Assembly: GCA_004431415.1 (NCBI GenBank)
Contig: QPMI01000260.1
Coordinates: forward strand, 32,759-96,758
Reading direction: 5' to 3'
Source: Cyanophora paradoxa CCMP329
Lineage: Eukaryota; Plantae; Glaucophyta
DNA: 64,000 nucleotides
Shown: positions 58,744 to 64,000 of the stretch, piece after piece
Position numbering within the stretch: position 1 is the stretch's first letter
Layout of the letters: each line of letters opens with the position of its first letter
Notes under the pieces: model-generated
The model's database searches: none
Told to the model about the DNA's origin: nothing
The model's input: only the letters and a program-made list of their open reading frames with translations
Position numbers and translations under genes: made by a program

Positions 58744-59665
58744 GCCCCCCGGCCCCCGCCGCCCCGCCCCTCTCCCCCCCATCGCTTCAAGCATCAGTCT
58801 GGCTTATAATTAGCTTAAGCTTGCATGCGCACTTGCAGTTGAGACTCCGGATCCCGATCTCTAATGCCATCCATGTGTTGCAGTACTAGTGCCACGGTGG
58901 GTGAGACTTCATGGTGCATGCGCAGCTATAGCTATAGCTACTAGCTCAGCGGCTAGCTGCGTATGCTCATGATCATGATAATGAGACGAGCTGCAGTACA
59001 CCGCGGCTCAGCGGCTGGCCCGCAGCCCCGGGCCCGGCCCTTAAGCTTCAAAAGGCCGCGGGCGTCAAGGGGCTTCCCGGAGTCCTGCAAATTGCAATTG
59101 TAGCTGAATTCAAATGATTCAATGATTAGATTTTAAATTTGACTTCAAGCCTTGAAGGCTTCCGAAGTCCAAAGCCTTCGAATTCGAAGGACCGTCGGAC
59201 CCGGGAAACAGTCGACGTCACTGAGAGTCGGAGTGTGAGGCTCTCAGAGTCTCATCAGACTCTGAGAGAGTCTAGGTATCTTACGTAAGGCTCTGATCAT
59301 GACTCCCCGGGAGTCCAGTGAGCGCGCACATGCACGTGCACGTGAAAGTCACGTTGAAGCCCGCTCTCACTGAGTCAGGTCTGGCAGAATTTGAATTCGA
59401 AGCCTCACTGAGTCATGATCATCATCAGCTCAGCGCGCGGCTGCCCCGTGCGCGTGGAAAGCCTGAAAGCCTGAAGCCTTCGTGGGCAGCTAGCGAGCCG
59501 CGATCATGCCATGATGCTCGACGATCATCATGCACACATGTATATATGCCAGAAAATGGCAGCCTCTGGGTTCACCGTATTCTGAATGGCTTTGGGGGTT
59601 GCGAGGCGGGAGGGGAGGACAGGGCGGGGCAGGGGGGGGCGGGGGGGGGGGGGGGGGGGGGCCTC

Positions 59666-62154
59666 CTAGACAGCCCAGAAGTCGGCCCAGAGGCGGTCGA
59701 AGAACTTGTTGAGCTCGTCGGCGCACTTGTAGTAGCGCGTGCCCTCCGCGTTGAACGTCCGGCAGTTGTTGAACATCAGCTGCATGTCCTCCCAGAACGC
59801 CTCCCGCGTCGTGTACGCCTCCTTCCCGATCTTCTCCTCCATCGTCTGCAGGTCTGCCCCCCCGTCTCGGCGCGGGGCGGGGCGGGGCAGGGCCGGGGGC
59901 GGGCGCGCCGATGGCCTGCTTGATGACGTTGTAGTAGTCGGGGACCTCGGCGGGGTCGACGGGCTTGAGGAAGGGCCAGGAGGGCGGCTGGCGGCGGACG
60001 GCCTCGAGGAGGCGGGCGAGGTCCTTCTTGAGGACCCCCGACGCCTTCTCCGACGGCTTCCGCCGGTGCACCCGCGGGATCTGCTCCCCCGCCACCTCCC
60101 CCGCCGTCACCCCCCGCGCCCCGAAGTCCCGCAGCCGCCGGTACACCATCTGCGGCCTCGTCAGGCGCGGCAGCGGGGGGCGGGGGGCGGGGCGGGCGCG
60201 CGGGCCTCCTTCTGGCGCTGGATCATCTCGGTGATGTTGAGGTAGTCGATCTTGGGGTAGAGGTAGCACTGCATCAGCGTCACCCCGCTGTAGTCCTTGA
60301 TGAACCCCGTCAGGTACCGCGCCTGCCCCGCCCCCTCAGGCCCCGCCCCGCCCGCCCCGCCCGGGCCGCGCGGCGGGGCGTGCCTTGTCGAGGGTGATCT
60401 TCTTGGTGAAGGACTGCTTCTCGAAGTAGCCGACGGCGTCGTTGTCGGCGCACGTCACCTGCGCGCCCCGACCCCGCCTTGCACCCCCGTGGGCCCCCCT
60501 GCGGGCGGGGCGGGGGGCGCGGGGCGGACGAGGTACGTCTCCCGCCCGGACGCCTTCACGTGCTCCTTCAGGTGGTTCATCAGCCGCGTCCCGAACCCCT
60601 GCCCCCCGCCTCAGCCCTCCCCGCACGCCCCACCCGCCAGCGCGGGCTGGGACCGGCCTGGACTTGCTCGGAGGTGAGGATGGCGCAGAAGGCGATCTCG
60701 ATGACCATGATGTTCACCTGCCGCCCGCCGCCGTCAGCCGCCCCCGCGCCCCGCCGCCGGCCGCGCCGCGCCGCACGTCGATCTCCGGCCGCATGCGGAA
60801 GACGTGGTGGTTGTTGCTGCTGTCGATCGCCCACGCCTGCTCTGCGCGGGACTCGCCCCAGGCGGCGGCTGGGCGGGGGCGGGGAGGGGGCACCGGAAGG
60901 GGCGGGGTCGACGCAGGTGGGGCGGTACGTGATGCCCCCGATGACGTTGTTGCGCTTGATGATGACGATGGAGTGGTGCATGCTGCGGGCAGTGAGGCAC
61001 TCGCGGGCGGGGAGGGCGGGGCGTCGCGGGCCGGTCGAAGACGAGGCGGAGGATGTACTTGGAGGGCATGTTCGGCAGCTGCTCCTTGAACACGTGCGTC
61101 AGCTCTGCCCCCGCCCCCGAGCCCGTCGCCCCCCGCGCCCCGCGCGGCACCGGCGGCGGCGCGCACGGCCGAGGTGCACGAGGTTCTCGTCCGTGTCGTC
61201 GTTCGTCAGCGCCTGCCGTGCGTCGGACCCCGCCCCGCCGCACCCGCGCCCCCCGCCGCACCCTGAAGGAGATGTCCCCTTTCTCCTCCATCTCCTTGAT
61301 CTTCTGGTCCCTGTTCAACTGCGCCCCGCCCAGTGGGCCCGCGCCCCGACTCTTGGGGCGGCGAGACGATCCAGGAAAGGAGCCAAAAGGAACAAAGTGA
61401 ACGACGAACGCACCCTAGGCAAGCCGCTTTCGTCCTCGCCGGCCGCCGGCTGGTCCTCTTTCCTTGGCGCGGTCGTGGAACCGGCTGGGCGCTGCGCTTT
61501 AGCTACCGCGTGCTATTCGACGCGTGGCGGGCCTGCCGGGCGCACCCGGTCTGCTCGACTTGTTCAGCACTCCATCGCCCTCCTCTGTGGGCCCCAAATG
61601 AGCCCCTGGCGAGCGTAGCAGCTGACCCGTTCGCACCTGCTGGCCTTGACGACTTGTTCATGAGCGAATCGTCTGCCATACCCGCTAATCTTGCCTGGTT
61701 AAACGATGCAAGCCTGCGCGAGGATCGGCGACCGCGAGCATGAGCTTTCGAGCACACGGCTTGACGCGAGGAGAAGGAGAACGTACGCATCCTCGCCCTC
61801 CTCGGCTCCGTCTTCAGATTCGGTGTCCGCCACACCCTCTTGATGTGTTGGAGACCCTACAACTCCCTCGAGGTTCGCGAGCATGTCTTCTGCGGTCGGG
61901 TCTGTAGGGAGCTGGCCTGCCAGAAGGTCCACGGGGTCGCCGGGATCCACGGCCGGCGGCGCCTCATCATCCGACTCCGTGTCATCTCCCGGACCAGCCT
62001 CGCCGAACTCTGCGGCGGAGGACGCGCCGCAGCTCCGCTCAGGACGCGCAGAGGGGAGCGATCCAAGGCGAAGGCGCAGCTTGCCTTCGGTCTTGCTGCG
62101 CTTCGCAGAGGGTTCCTCTAGGTCATCGGGGAGTTCGAGGCCGCCGTCAGCCAT
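59666..62154 (-). CDS. GCN5: Histone acetyltransferase GCN5 (GNAT domain plus bromodomain)
   Basis: [81 protein letters not shown] and NNCRTFN. Confidence 0.93.
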
Positions 62155-62397
62155 CGCCCGCGGCGCCTACCAATCTGGCGAAACAAGCGTATGCCCGGAT
62201 CGCGACCGTGTACGCTCGCGGCTGTGAATGCTTGCAGTGCCTTTGCGTTTGCGCTGCGTCGAGCTGTGCGTGTGAGGACGGCTGGACTGGGGGAAGGAGG
62301 TGGCGGGGGGTAGACTCATGCTCTTGGCGTCGTGCGCTCAAGTGTGCACAGAGAGGCGCTGGGGAAGCGATCGGCAACGCGAGACGCCCGGAAAAAG

Positions 62398-64000
62398 ATG
62401 ACCCCCAGCCGCGGGCCGGCGCTGGTCCGAGCCCTGGCTGCCTTGCTGCTGCTGCCCGCGCTGGCCGCCGCGGCGACGGCGATCAACGCGTACGACGTGC
62501 CCCAGCTAATACGCGCCGAGGACATCATCCGTATGCTCCCAGGCTGGGAGGACAAGTCCCCGCCGATCCCGGTGACTTTCCACCCGCGCGTTCCGCCGTT
62601 CGGGGCTACAGCGACGGCGGGGCGCGCAGGTGCTGGGCGTGGTGGCCTATCGGGGCGGGGAGTACCTGCTGAGGTGTGTGCGGAGCATCGACCACCCGGT
62701 GCGACGGCTCGTGCTGCTCATCAACGGGGAGGACGGCGATGTGGCGCGCGCGGTGGAGACGCTGCAAGCGGAGCGGCCGGGGGCCCGCGTGCTGCGGCGG
62801 CCGGAGAACCTCGGTGTCAGCGGGAGCTGGAACGAGATCCTCGAGCAGGAGGGCGCGGACGGGGAGGGGCCCCCCTACTACTGGGTGATGGCCGCCTCGG
62901 ACTCGAAGTTCGCGCCGGGGACGCTGCGGAGGCTGGCGACCATGATGGTGCCGACCACCCGCTGATACCGATGCGGACACCGATGGGCGCCCATGAAGCG
63001 CCTGACGCCGATCACGCCAGGGGGCCCTGGAGGGGGCCGGCATGCGCCCGCCGCACATCGTGCACTTCGCCGACGCGCGGGGCGGCTGCCAGTTCCACAC
63101 GAGCTGGGCCCTCTCTCGCCTCGGGCGCCACGCCCTCGGCACCTTCGACGCCAACTACCACCCGTGAGGGCCCGCCCCGCACCCGCCCTCCAGCCCCGCT
63201 CATCCCTCTCCTCCCAGGTACGGGGGCGAGGACAGCGACTGGGAGCACCGCCGCCGGCTTGCCGGCATCCCGCTGCAGGCGTGCCGAGCGCGAGGCGGGG
63301 CGGGGTCCCGCGCTGACACCCCGCAGGTCTTCGTCGATCTCGTCACCGTCCACGGGCCCGAAGGCGCCGAGACCTACGTGTCTGGTGCCCGGCCCGGCCG
63401 GCCGGCGCCCGACGGGCGGTGACGGGACGCAGGGACGTACACTGCGGAGGGGGCGGTGCAGCGCTCGGCGTTCCGGCGGCAGCAGGCGCGGCAGGAGCAC
63501 ATCGCCTACTTCCTCGCCAAGTGGGGCGACGGGCCCTTCCCCGCCGGCCTGTATGCGAGCCCCTTCGACGACGACGCCGCCGCCCCCGGCGATTGGGCGC
63601 TGCACGCCCCGCGCCGCCGTTACGTCGAGACCGGCTCGGTTCACCTCGACGGCACCCCCCTGCCGCCCGCCATCCCTGCCGACGCCTGGCCGGTCCCCGC
63701 CGCGCCGCGCCCCGCGCCACCCCGCCGCGCCGCTGGGGAGGGGGCCGAGGGGGCGGCAGCACGACGGAGAGGCGCTGTTCGGGGGCGGGGCGGATGAGTG
63801 CGGGGGGGCGGGCCCGGCGGGGGCGCCCCGCGTCCTCTTCGTGCAGGCCTCCGTCGTCGCCGGCTTCTTCCCCCCGCACCACATCCTCTTGTCCGCCCCC
63901 CGCCCCGTGCCGCCCTCGCGGGGGCATGACGCCGGGCAGCTCGGAGCGGGCGCGGGAGCTCGGCGTCTCGGGCGCGCCGGCCTCCTCGTCTGCACGCCGC
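62398..64000 (+). CDS. Secretory-pathway GT-A fold (GT2-like) glycosyltransferase; 3' end uncertain or beyond the window
   Basis: Signal peptide LVRALAALLLLPALAAA, then YLLRCVRSIDHP, ENLGVSGSWNEIL, FDANYHP.YGGEDSDW and YFLAKWG. Confidence 0.65.
   Translation, partial: MTPSRGPALVRALAALLLLPALAAAATAINAYDVPQLIRAEDIIRMLPGWEDKSPPIPVTFHPRVPPFGATATAGRAGAGRGGLSGRGVPAEVCAEHRPPGATARAAHQRGGRRCGARGGDAASGAAGGPRAAAAGEPRCQRELERDPRAGGRGRGGAPLLLGDGRLGLEVRAGDAAEAGDHDGADHPLIPMRTPMGAHEAPDADHARGPWRGPACARRTSCTSPTRGAAASSTRAGPSLASGATPSAPSTPTTTREGPPRTRPPAPLIPLLPGTGARTATGSTAAGLPASRCRRAEREAGRGPALTPRRSSSISSPSTGPKAPRPTCLVPGPAGRRPTGGDGTQGRTLRRGRCSARRSGGSRRGRSTSPTSSPSGATGPSPPACMRAPSTTTPPPPAIGRCTPRAAVTSRPARFTSTAPPCRPPSLPTPGRSPPRRAPRHPAAPLGRGPRGRQHDGEALFGGGADECGGAGPAGAPRVLFVQASVVAGFFPPHHILLSAPRPVPPSRGHDAGQLGAGAGARRLGRAGLLVCTP

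Noticed and set aside
1-64000. Prokaryotic operon interpretation; tRNA or rRNA genes
   Set aside because: The genes are interrupted by spliceosomal introns and are eukaryote-specific. No tRNA or rRNA signatures were seen by eye; tRNAscan or Infernal would be needed to exclude them.

Overview
Eukaryotic nuclear DNA: very GC-rich and gene-dense, with many short (about 45-130 nt) spliceosomal introns, so most long six-frame ORFs are artefacts. Phe-near-start transit-peptide-like leaders and cilium-related genes (DNAAF4, CCP1-like) suggest a flagellated alga with a primary plastid, most like a glaucophyte such as Cyanophora (inference). Host genes in order: SMN-like, cytosolic carboxypeptidase, SRP14, UCH37, PTPA, PX sorting nexin, presequence protease, GDP-fucose-type transporter, Scc2/NIPBL with a PHD finger, argininosuccinate lyase, a hypothetical gene, DNAAF4, histidine phosphatase, Uup-like ABC-F, GCN5 and a glycosyltransferase. 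Many sit in tight head-to-head pairs. Mobile DNA: (1) a five-intron Fanzor2/TnpB-type nuclease gene, 5'-truncated by tandem repeats, with a structured omegaRNA candidate downstream; (2) a 642-bp non-autonomous hAT element with an 8-bp TSD; (3) a full-length Ngaro/DIRS tyrosine-recombinase retrotransposon with split direct repeats; (4) a repeat-rich island at 26.6-29.5 kb sharing motifs with the Fanzor flank. Window-wide oddities are frequent GC-AG introns, alternating G-rich and C-rich blocks along genes, and palindrome-dense intergenic DNA. Gene coordinates are hand-spliced spans that include introns.
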